Positions 16,408 to 24,510 of a stretch of DNA of 31,385 nt are shown here, piece after piece. The notes below the pieces were generated by a model. That model made no database searches, was not told the DNA's origin, and saw only the letters and a program-made list of their open reading frames with translations. The DNA comes from an uncultured Eubacteriales bacterium (GTDB taxonomy: Bacteria > Bacillota > Clostridia > Oscillospirales > JAKOTC01): contig CAZPLU010000030.1 in assembly GCA_964587625.1 (NCBI GenBank), positions 1-31,385 of the forward strand. The letters are read 5' to 3'. Each line of letters starts with the position of its first letter. Position 1 is the stretch's first letter. A program made the translations under genes and the position numbers.

Positions 16408-16764
16408 ATGAAAATTGCGGTTGCAAGCACGGGTCTGCAAATTTCCGAACACTTCGGGCATTGCGATAATTTCAACATCTATGAGACGGTGAGCGGAACG
16501 ATCCAAGGCAAGACCGTCATTCCGAATCCCGGTCATAAGCCCGGATTTTTACCCAATTTCTTAGGTGATTTGGGGGTTGAAGTGATCATCGCGGGCGGCA
16601 TGGGCGGCGGCGCGGTCGAAATCTTCAACAGCAGAAATATCGAGGTTGTTGTCGGCGCGCGCGGCAGCGCGCGAGAAGCGGTCGAGCACTATCTCAAAGG
16701 CAACCTCACCACCGGCGGCTCTGTCTGTCATAAACACGAGCACGCCGGAAACTGTGAAAAGTGA
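16408..16764 (+). CDS. NifX/NifB-C-terminal-like Fe-Mo-cluster-binding-domain protein (COG1433 type)
   Basis: MKIAVASTGLQISEHFGHCDNFNIYE...HKPGFLPNFLGDLGVEVIIAGGMGGGAVEIF is very typical of the family. ATG 16408 lies 8 nt after GGAGG. The tail is Cys/His-rich (SVCHKHEHAGNCEK). Confidence 0.85.
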   Translation: MKIAVASTGLQISEHFGHCDNFNIYETVSGTIQGKTVIPNPGHKPGFLPNFLGDLGVEVIIAGGMGGGAVEIFNSRNIEVVVGARGSAREAVEHYLKGNLTTGGSVCHKHEHAGNCEK

Positions 16765-16769
16765 ATTGA

Positions 16770-17591
16770 TCAATAAACCAGCAGGCACATCTCCGACTGC
16801 GAACGCTTGGCAGTGACCATCCCGCTGTCATGCGCCGCGCAGGCGTCGTACGCGGTTATCCGAATCCGAAATTCCGGTCCGTTTTTCGTGTTTACAGCCA
16901 GTGTAAAAGCGGCTCTGCCGGCATATTCGGGCAAGTGCGGCCGCCGGATGCGCACAAACCCCTGCCCGCTGAGCACCAACCCGTTTTTACTGACATCGGA
17001 ACGCGCCACGTTGGCTCGCGGTCCGATGTCTGCTTGGTTTGCGATATGCCGTCCCGCCGCGTAAAAATGAATTCCGCTGTCGGCTCCGTCGACCGTATAA
17101 CGAATTGTGCGGTTTCCGACATTTCCACATGGGATGTAGGCGCGTAAAGCAGCCGTTTGATTGAAAAATTCGTCCTGAGGATTGGTGATATTGCCCTTGG
17201 CGAACCCCGTCAAGCCGAACCGATCGGCGAGCGGTGTAGACGGTTCGGAGGGTTTGGAAATTTCGGGGAAATTGGGTGGCTCGGGGGCGGGTAGCGTCGG
17301 CAGCTCGTTCAACGGTTCCGTCCGCTCCGTTCTGAATTGCAAAATCACCTGCAGTTTCCCAATCGTCCTCAAAACCTCATCGACGCTCTGCTCCGCGGCC
17401 TTTGTCATGGAGTTGTTATTGACATCTTCTTCACAGCGCTTGAGTATATATGTAACCTTTTTCCGCTCGACATCCGTCAAGCGGGACAAACTCTCTTCCT
17501 GCGCAGCCGCCGAGGCCTTCAGCAGCGCGACAATTTCGTTAAAACTGAACTCCGCTTCCGGGCTCAGTTCAAAAGTCATCGGAAATGACAT
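16770..17591 (-). CDS. hypothetical protein (helical N-domain, Pro-rich linker, C-terminal domain); no signal peptide
   Basis: The ATG at 17591 (MSFPMTFELSPEAEF...) lies 8 nt after GAGAGGG. The 86 codons upstream in the track ORF are Arg-rich junk that overlaps the neighbouring GT gene. The linker is LPTLPAPEPPNFPEISKPSEPSTP. The C-terminal ~150 aa match no family I recognise. Confidence 0.6.
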   Translation of the reverse strand: MSFPMTFELSPEAEFSFNEIVALLKASAAAQEESLSRLTDVERKKVTYILKRCEEDVNNNSMTKAAEQSVDEVLRTIGKLQVILQFRTERTEPLNELPTLPAPEPPNFPEISKPSEPSTPLADRFGLTGFAKGNITNPQDEFFNQTAALRAYIPCGNVGNRTIRYTVDGADSGIHFYAAGRHIANQADIGPRANVARSDVSKNGLVLSGQGFVRIRRPHLPEYAGRAAFTLAVNTKNGPEFRIRITAYDACAAHDSGMVTAKRSQSEMCLLVY

Positions 17592-17764
17592 TGCGGTACC
17601 CTCTCTTTTTTCGTGCAGTGGGCGTCGCTCATAACGCCGTATCCCATTATATAGCGGCCGGTTCCGGTCTGTGAGCGTTTTCAAACCCATGTTTCGGATT
17701 TCAGCGGCTTTTTGGCAAGAACGCTCTTTATCCGGACCAACACGCGGCTGCTTTTCGGCGCGGT

Positions 17765-19051
17765 CTAAAACCCTTCCAAGACGGGCTGCAGTTGTTCTTC
17801 CCAGATTCGGCGCGGATTGAAGTCGCGCCGGAGCATTGTTTTTGCCCACAATACGGGGTTGTTTCGCATCCGATTGACGATTTTTGCCGCGTGTTCCTCG
17901 AGATACGCCTCCTCTGACGGGGTGTAATTCTCCTTGGTGTCAAAGCCGAAATTGCGGGCGTCCCACCGCATAAAATACGCGCCGAAGCGCCGCCCGAGTT
18001 CTTCAAGTCCCGGAACGGCCTGATTGAGCACCAAAAAATTCCCCCTGCTTGCGGCCTCGAGCACCGTGAGATCGGACGGCTCGGAATAGGACGGGCAGAC
18101 AAACAGATTCGAAAGCGTGAACAGTTCCAAGACGCTTTTTTTCGGAAACCCCCTCGGCCAGCCCAAGTCGCTTGTGAATACCACTTGCTCCTTCTCAAGA
18201 CCTTTTTGAACGCCCGCCGCGCGCACGGTTCCCTTATAATGCGAATTGTCCGTGTCCGAGCACGGAAAATCACAGAAGATGACTTTGACCGTCAGTTCCG
18301 TCTTTTTTCGGATTGCACCCGCCAGCGAAGCCGCTTTTTCAAATTGTTTTTCGGGGGAGAGCCGCCCGGGACAGACCATCAGGATGTCCGGCGTCAGCAG
18401 ATCCGTTTGGAGCTGCAATTGTTTTATTTCATCACTCACAAAGGCAATGGGATCCAAACAATTGCCGACCACCCGACAACGCCCTTCCGGGATGCCGTAT
18501 TGTTGTGCCAACGCCGATATTCCCGCCTGCGCGGGATAGACATAAACGGTATTCGGCATCGGCGTATAACGGCACGAAAACGGATATTTTAAGACCGGAG
18601 GCCTGTTGGTCGGAGCCGAATGCGTAAAAGCGGTAAACCGAACTTTCGGAAGGTGTTCTTGCGCTTTTCGCACGGCGACATTGTGCACAAGATACCGGCC
18701 TTGAGCGTGGATATCGTGCATCGCGCAGATATTCACATCCGAGAGCGCGTTTTTTAAATCTGCGGCTATGACCTCTGCTTCGGCGAAAAAGGTCGTATGT
18801 AAATTGCCGTTCGGACGGCAATAGTCGCGCCATTGGATCCGCCTGCCGTCCAGTCGGTTTGTGATCTTGACCCACTCGAGCCGGTTGTCGGCAAAAACGC
18901 CTTTTCGGTCCCCGTCAGGGCAATCCTGGCTGACCAGGACCCTCGTCGGAACACCGGCGTCGAGCAACATTTTCAAGTGCTCCGCCACAATGCCGACCGT
19001 TAGATCATGGCTGTCAAGCCCGTTGAACATGGTTAAAACCGCGATTTTCAT
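17765..19051 (-). CDS. GT-B fold glycosyltransferase (GT4-like, divergent N-domain)
   Basis: 428 aa with the EX7E-type signature CPSYSEPSDLTVLEAASRG and GRLSPEKQFEKA. ATG 19051 lies 9 nt after GGGAGG. Confidence 0.7.
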   Translation of the reverse strand: MKIAVLTMFNGLDSHDLTVGIVAEHLKMLLDAGVPTRVLVSQDCPDGDRKGVFADNRLEWVKITNRLDGRRIQWRDYCRPNGNLHTTFFAEAEVIAADLKNALSDVNICAMHDIHAQGRYLVHNVAVRKAQEHLPKVRFTAFTHSAPTNRPPVLKYPFSCRYTPMPNTVYVYPAQAGISALAQQYGIPEGRCRVVGNCLDPIAFVSDEIKQLQLQTDLLTPDILMVCPGRLSPEKQFEKAASLAGAIRKKTELTVKVIFCDFPCSDTDNSHYKGTVRAAGVQKGLEKEQVVFTSDLGWPRGFPKKSVLELFTLSNLFVCPSYSEPSDLTVLEAASRGNFLVLNQAVPGLEELGRRFGAYFMRWDARNFGFDTKENYTPSEEAYLEEHAAKIVNRMRNNPVLWAKTMLRRDFNPRRIWEEQLQPVLEGF

Positions 19052-19169
19052 TGCTCCGAACCTCCCATCATGTCATGTTATGCATGGGGGACGGCAGCCA
19101 TAACCAAAATCTACGCTTCCGTTTTGTTGCAAGCGTTTTCAACGATATCGAATTGACTCTGTCTCCGAT

Positions 19170-19194
19170 AAAAAAGCCGCCGGTTTCCCGGCGG
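19170..19194 (-). terminator. intrinsic terminator after the solute-binding protein gene
   Basis: The minus-strand RNA reads CCGCCGG-GAAA-CCGGCGG, then C and six U. On the plus strand this is the A-run at 19170-19175 and the stem at 19177-19194. Confidence 0.8.
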
Positions 19195-19221
19195 TCATTT
19201 ATTGAAAAGAATATAATCGGT

Positions 19222-20877
19222 TTAATAGCGTTGCGTCGCCGTCTTTCCGATGGCGGCGTTGGACTCGACCAGCACCTGCTGGGCGCCGAGTTGTTCCATT
19301 GCGATGGCGTATTCGTTGAGGGCCTGCCCGACGGTGTAGTCCTCGTTGCTGATCGCATTTACAAAACAGGTGTGAAACGCCGTCAAAATGGCGTTGACAT
19401 TCGACGTGAGGGTTTTGGAAACGGGGAACGAATACGGCAGACCGCGCTTGATCGCAGTATTGGAATTCAATGCGGCGGTTACCGCCTGTTTTTCATATTC
19501 CATGATTTCCCGCGCGTGGATTCGCGCGTTCTCTTTGTCGCTGGTGATGATTTCGAGATTTTCGGAGTTGTACATCCCTTCGATGACACCCGCAAGGTTG
19601 GCCGTGTGGCGCTGTACATACACCCCTTCTCCCGCTTCCTCGGAGGCGTCCTCATCCAGCATTTTTTTAAGGGTGATCGAACCGTCGGAATTTCGGATAT
19701 AGTTTGCCGGCAGACCGACTCTGGCTTCCAGATAATTCGCCTGTGACCCGTAAAGCAGATCGACGAAAAAGTTGGCTGTCTCCGCCGGCTGTGCCGTGCC
19801 GTTGATCAGCACAAAAGCGCCTCCTTGCGGAAACAGCATCTGGGGCACTTCGAAATCGTTGTTCGCCAATGCCGGAATCTCGGTGTAAAAAGAGGTGAGT
19901 TCGTTCCATTTCGTATCCGTAGTAGGCCATTCCGCGGTCTGTTCGTAGATTGCATTTGCGGCGGCATAAAGACCGTAACCGTACTTGCCGTCTCCGGCGG
20001 TGGAATAATAGCTGCCATAATTGCCGTTTTCAAGTGAATTTCTGACATCTTCGGGCATCGTATCCCAGATATTCACATCGAGTGCTCCGGCTTGATACAG
20101 GTCGCGCAGATATTGCAGCGCCTCCACCGCCTCGGGCTGTAAAAACCCGTCGATGAAGGTGTCCGTCTCGGGGTCATAGGCATATCCGAGCTGGCCGGAG
20201 GTGTCAATACGCACGCCGAACGCATTTAAAATATCGATCGCCCAGGAGAGATCGGAGCCGCCGCCGATTGCGGTGCCTGCGATGTCGGAGTCGGTGACCG
20301 CGAGCGCATATTCCCTCAGCGACTGCAGATCGGTCGGAACTTCAAGGCCGAGCCGCTGCAGCCAGTCGTTACGGAAAGAACGGGTTTTCACCGCGTAATA
20401 GTAACTGCTCGGGATCGCCCAGATATGGCCGTCGATCATATACATGTTGCGCATTTCTTCGGGCAGCGAGAGCCATGCGGGGTTATTGGCCAAATAGTCC
20501 TCCAGCGGCAATATCGCACCCTCATCCTTGTAAAACTGCACCACATCGAGCGCGCCGTCACCCGCCACGTTGAAGACGCCGTGGATGTCCTGGGTTTTGA
20601 CCTGCTTCAACATGTCCGAATAGGTCGCGTCAACCGGTACGGTCACAGTGATATAGACCCCGTACCGCTCGGACATCGCATCGGTCCACTCCTTGCGCTC
20701 TTCGACCGTCAGGGTCTCGTCTCCGTAGTTATAAAAGAAACCCGGCGCTGTAATTTCGAGATCGGTCGGCAGCGCGAGATTTTCATATTTCGGCGCGGAG
20801 GGTGTCGAGCCGCTCGGCACGCAACCGCAGATGAAAACCGCCGCGACCAAAATGCCGGCAAATATGCGTTTTTTCAT
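19222..20877 (-). CDS. extracellular solute-binding lipoprotein (large family-1 ABC sugar-binding type)
   Basis: MKKRIFAGILVAAVFICGC is a signal/lipobox. The ~550-aa mature part has the composition typical of LplA-like sugar-binding proteins. ATG 20877 lies 8 nt after AAAGGA. No permease or ATPase genes lie beside it. Confidence 0.65.
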   Translation of the reverse strand: MKKRIFAGILVAAVFICGCVPSGSTPSAPKYENLALPTDLEITAPGFFYNYGDETLTVEERKEWTDAMSERYGVYITVTVPVDATYSDMLKQVKTQDIHGVFNVAGDGALDVVQFYKDEGAILPLEDYLANNPAWLSLPEEMRNMYMIDGHIWAIPSSYYYAVKTRSFRNDWLQRLGLEVPTDLQSLREYALAVTDSDIAGTAIGGGSDLSWAIDILNAFGVRIDTSGQLGYAYDPETDTFIDGFLQPEAVEALQYLRDLYQAGALDVNIWDTMPEDVRNSLENGNYGSYYSTAGDGKYGYGLYAAANAIYEQTAEWPTTDTKWNELTSFYTEIPALANNDFEVPQMLFPQGGAFVLINGTAQPAETANFFVDLLYGSQANYLEARVGLPANYIRNSDGSITLKKMLDEDASEEAGEGVYVQRHTANLAGVIEGMYNSENLEIITSDKENARIHAREIMEYEKQAVTAALNSNTAIKRGLPYSFPVSKTLTSNVNAILTAFHTCFVNAISNEDYTVGQALNEYAIAMEQLGAQQVLVESNAAIGKTATQRY

Positions 20878-20942
20878 ATCATCTGTCCTTTCGAATGGAA
20901 TCCTGCGTTTGTACATCTGTACGATTGTAATCTACCAAACCA

Positions 20943-22079
20943 TTATGAGTTTATCTGTTTGATTTCGTGAGGAACATTTGAGAAACAACCCCGTTTTTCC
21001 GACAACAATTTTTTAATGCGCGCCGCCGGATCGATTAAATCGCTGAGCGACTTGTCGTAATTGAGCGTGTCGATGAGCAGGGCGATGTATTTGGACATGT
21101 CCACTTCCTCATACCAACAACGCGATTTCAATTCATCGGTGCGGTAGTTGAGATTGGTTGTAAAGACCTTTGTGATCTGTTTGGCGGCGAAGGCCTCGTC
21201 AAACCGCGAAAGCCCCTCGCAAAACAGCCCGAAGGTGGCAAAGATGAAGATGCGCTGCGCGCCCATCTCCTTAAGGTGCCGGGTGATGTCGAGAATGGAA
21301 TCGCCGGAGGAGATCATATCGTCGACGATGACGATGTCTTTTCCCGTTACATTATTGCCCAAATATTCATGCGCGATGATCGGATTTCGCCCGTTTTCAA
21401 TGCGCGAATAGTCGCGGCGTTTATAATATATGCCCAAATCGAGCGATAAAATCGAGGAATAATACATACAGCGATCAATGCTGCCGGCATCCGGCGAGAC
21501 GATCAGCGTGTGATCCTTGTCCAATTTGACGTCGGGAACCGCGCGGTAGATGGCCTTAATCATCTGGTAATAGGGTTTGATGTTTTCAAATCCGCAAAAC
21601 GGAACGGCGTTTTGAACCCGTGAATCGTGGGCGTCGAAGGTGATGATGTTTACGGCGCCGATGTTTTGAAGTTCCTGGAGCATGATGGCGCAGTCGAGCG
21701 ATTCCCGCGCGGTTCTGCGGTGCTGGCGTCCGCCGTAGAGCATCGGCATGATCACATTGATTCGCCTTGCTTTGCCGCCTGCGGCGGCGATGATGCGTTT
21801 GAGATCGCCGTAGTGGTCATCCGGGCTCATCCGGTTGTCGATGCCGTACATGTTGTAAGTGGTGCCGTAATCGAAGATATCGCACAAAATAAAAAGGTCG
21901 TCCCCGCGCACCGACTGGTTGATCATTCCCTTGCTCTCACCGGTGCCGAACCGCGGACAACATATGTTTACGAGGAAACTCTGTCCGCTGCCGCGCCATT
22001 CCTTGATATAGCCGTCGGCCCGGGTGGCGATCTCGCTGCAGCCCTGCAGCGGGATGATTCCCAGTTTACCGACGGGCAT
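20943..22079 (-). CDS. prs: ribose-phosphate pyrophosphokinase (PRPP synthetase)-like protein, long form
   Basis: MPVGKLGIIPLQGCSEIA resembles Prs N-termini. RRINVIMPMLYGGRQHRR and ITFDAHD match the Prs catalytic/flexible-loop regions. The PRPP loop is IVIVDDMISSGDSILD. ATG is at 22079, with an alternative GTG at 22106 after GGAG. The track ORF extends upstream into the GT2 gene, and that extension is not credible. Confidence 0.75.
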   Translation of the reverse strand: MPVGKLGIIPLQGCSEIATRADGYIKEWRGSGQSFLVNICCPRFGTGESKGMINQSVRGDDLFILCDIFDYGTTYNMYGIDNRMSPDDHYGDLKRIIAAAGGKARRINVIMPMLYGGRQHRRTARESLDCAIMLQELQNIGAVNIITFDAHDSRVQNAVPFCGFENIKPYYQMIKAIYRAVPDVKLDKDHTLIVSPDAGSIDRCMYYSSILSLDLGIYYKRRDYSRIENGRNPIIAHEYLGNNVTGKDIVIVDDMISSGDSILDITRHLKEMGAQRIFIFATFGLFCEGLSRFDEAFAAKQITKVFTTNLNYRTDELKSRCWYEEVDMSKYIALLIDTLNYDKSLSDLIDPAARIKKLLSEKRGCFSNVPHEIKQINS

Positions 22080-22137
22080 CAGATTGTCTTCGATCGCACT
22101 GCTCACAAATACCACGCTCCATACTTTTTTCAATGAT

Positions 22138-22166
22138 ATTATACCCTTTAAACCCGGTTTTGTCAA
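22138..22166 (-). promoter_or_regulatory. consensus sigma-A promoter for prs, embedded in the 3' end of the GT2 gene
   Basis: Read on the minus strand: TTGACA (22166-22161, overlapping the GT2 stop codon), exactly 17 nt (AAACCGGGTTTAAAGGG), TATAAT (22143-22138). Confidence 0.7.
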
Positions 22167-23146
22167 TGTCCCGCCGCGGCTTGCTTTTGCCATCTCGGGG
22201 CAATGATCCGTTTGCAAACCCATCGAAAAAGAGGGTAACAGACGCCGGCAGAAACCAGTTGAATTTTTTCCCTTGAAGAGTATACATCCGTGGTAAAAAT
22301 GCCGCGTATATGCGCTCTCAGGTATTTGCTCCACTTTTTCCTGATTGTCGGAAATGCTCTTTGTGTTTGCGTTGAAGTGAATCCGCATATAACGGCTCTC
22401 TTCATATAATTGCACATGTCCAAATACGTCAGCACCATGGCATCCGGATAGGCCGGCGGAAATTCCATTTTGCAAAGCTTTGCAACTCTGACGCTTTGCA
22501 ACTCGAATGAATCAATTTTCGCTTTTGATAAACCCAACCCGGTCCTGTAAAAATACAGCTCATTGTCACAGGAGACATAACACCTGCATTTTGAAAAAAA
22601 CTGATAACATGCAATCACATCTTCATGTTTCAAGCCCACCTCAAATGCAAATCCATCGACAATTGTTCTGCGATAAATCCGACCCCAAACCCCCGTTTTA
22701 TTGGTCCGAAAATAGGCGCTCAGGATATTTTCATGACGCACAACGACCGCTCCCGGCTCCGATCCGTGAAACAGTGTGTTAGGGTCTCGCGTAAAACCGC
22801 ATTCCGCAATATCGGCTTCGTGTTTTTTCGCCAATTGATACAGGATTTTAAACATATATTCACTGACCGTATCGTCACTGTCGACAAATCCGACATACTC
22901 GCCGACGGCTATTTTCATACCGGCGTTACGCGCATCCGACACACCGCCATTGGACTTATGGATCACCTTGATCCGTTTATCCTCACATGCCATGCGGTCA
23001 CAGATATCCCCGCACCGATCAGGGCTCCCGTCATCCACAAGGATGATTTCGATTTCTCTTAAAGCTTGACGCTGCACGCCGGCAACACATTCTTCCAAAT
23101 AGGCCTCGGTCTTGTAAACCGGGATAATAACGCTGACTTTAACCAT
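22163..23146 (-). CDS. GT2-family (GT-A) glycosyltransferase
   Basis: Motifs are VSVIIPVYKTEAYLEECV, ILVDDGSPD and the DxD motif VDSDD. ATG 23146 lies 6 nt after GGGGGA. Confidence 0.88.
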   Translation of the reverse strand: MVKVSVIIPVYKTEAYLEECVAGVQRQALREIEIILVDDGSPDRCGDICDRMACEDKRIKVIHKSNGGVSDARNAGMKIAVGEYVGFVDSDDTVSEYMFKILYQLAKKHEADIAECGFTRDPNTLFHGSEPGAVVVRHENILSAYFRTNKTGVWGRIYRRTIVDGFAFEVGLKHEDVIACYQFFSKCRCYVSCDNELYFYRTGLGLSKAKIDSFELQSVRVAKLCKMEFPPAYPDAMVLTYLDMCNYMKRAVICGFTSTQTQRAFPTIRKKWSKYLRAHIRGIFTTDVYSSREKIQLVSAGVCYPLFRWVCKRIIAPRWQKQAAAGH

Positions 23147-23159
23147 CGGGTTTCCCCCT

Positions 23160-24365
23160 TTATACGACTGCATGCGTGCGGCTCTCTGTCCCGAGTATCC
23201 GCATCACATGCTCGATCTCCGCCCTGTCATGCGGAGCTTTTTTCAAATTTTCGCTGTAAAGCCGCCGTAATTGCGGATCTCCCAATAATTCGGCGACTGC
23301 CTCAGTCAGTGCTTTTTCCTCAAACGGGACGATCGTTCCCGTTTTATGATCGACGATCTGCTCCCTCGCTCCCGCAAAGTCCGTGCAGATGATCGGCTTA
23401 TAAAGCACGCGCGCCTCGGCGACCGCGATGCCGTATCCCTCGTGCCGGGACGGCTGCACATAAATATCGCACCGGTCGATATAGGGATAGGGATTCAGGC
23501 GCGTTCCGAGCATAACAAAGACCTCTTCCAACCCGCGCTCGGCAATCATTTTCCGCAGCGTGTCCTCCTCTTTTCCGGAACCCATCGCAAACCATTGAAA
23601 GCGGTACCCCCGTTTCTTCAAGCGTTCACATACCCGTATCGCCAGATCATAACCCTTTTCCGGGCTCAACCGTCCAACGGTCAATATTTTTAATGTACCG
23701 TCTTTTCGATACTCCGGCGCCTCACCGCCGTCGAGCGCGTTCCGGATTGCCCGCTCGCTGACGATATTGTGTGCCACCGAAGTTTTTTCGCGAAATTGCG
23801 GTGCCAGTTGAGTGAATTGCTCATAAAGCTGTTCCGAGACCGCAAAAAAATGGTCATACGGCGCCAGCCAGGGAATCAAGGGCTTCAGCCGGAAACCGCT
23901 GGCGGTAAAATCGTTATGTATCCATGCGATTTTTTGTTTCGCGTTTACTTTTTCCGAAACATAACGAACAAGGAACGATATATGCATATGATAACAAACC
24001 GCGATATCATATTGGCCCGGCAGTTCCTCGAGCCGTTTAAACGGGATGGTGAGCACTGCAGCCGGATCGTTCCGCATGATTTTCCATGCCAATAAAAACA
24101 CTTTTCCGAAATGTCCGTGCCTGAGGTGATATTTAAGTGTCGCGCGGATCCCGCCCCGTCCCAAGTCCTCGCGCACCCGAGGGCTCATTTTTAACTCTCC
24201 CCCGAAATTTTTCGCGGGAAGCATCGGTAAAAAAGCGCCCTTTGCGTCGATGAAATAAACTTTAATGCGGTATTCGTCTCCCGGAAGCGCCGCGATCAAA
24301 GCCAATAATGACTTTTCCAATCCGCCGCACGGCATACCGGGAAGGATAAATACAACGTTTTTCAT
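23160..24365 (-). CDS. GT4-family (GT-B) glycosyltransferase
   Basis: 401 aa with the N-terminal GMPCGGLEKS. The EX7E region is SRHEGYGIAVAEARVLYKPIICTD, followed by IVDHKTGTIVP. Confidence 0.85.
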   Translation of the reverse strand: MKNVVFILPGMPCGGLEKSLLALIAALPGDEYRIKVYFIDAKGAFLPMLPAKNFGGELKMSPRVREDLGRGGIRATLKYHLRHGHFGKVFLLAWKIMRNDPAAVLTIPFKRLEELPGQYDIAVCYHMHISFLVRYVSEKVNAKQKIAWIHNDFTASGFRLKPLIPWLAPYDHFFAVSEQLYEQFTQLAPQFREKTSVAHNIVSERAIRNALDGGEAPEYRKDGTLKILTVGRLSPEKGYDLAIRVCERLKKRGYRFQWFAMGSGKEEDTLRKMIAERGLEEVFVMLGTRLNPYPYIDRCDIYVQPSRHEGYGIAVAEARVLYKPIICTDFAGAREQIVDHKTGTIVPFEEKALTEAVAELLGDPQLRRLYSENLKKAPHDRAEIEHVMRILGTESRTHAVV

Positions 24366-24510
24366 ACTTTCACCTTTTCCGCAAAGTCATCGTTTGTTTT
24401 TATTTGCGTCCGCCCGGGACCTTGACCTCATAATCGTTCAACCGCCGCATCCGCTCGATGCCCGCCGGAATCCCATCGCGCACACAAAGCATGCAAACCG
24501 GGTTGAACAT

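Noticed and set aside
17592-17849. N-terminal 86-codon extension of the hypothetical protein (track ORF 16770..17849)
   Set aside because: It is Arg/Gly-rich low-complexity sequence that overlaps the stop region of the GT gene. A good RBS (GAGAGGG) precedes the internal ATG at 17591.
22080-22475. N-terminal 132-codon extension of the prs ORF (track ORF 20943..22475)
   Set aside because: The extension overlaps the 3' end of the GT2 gene and contains the TTGACA-17-TATAAT promoter. It has no Prs-like sequence. Prs homology starts at MPVGKLGIIP.
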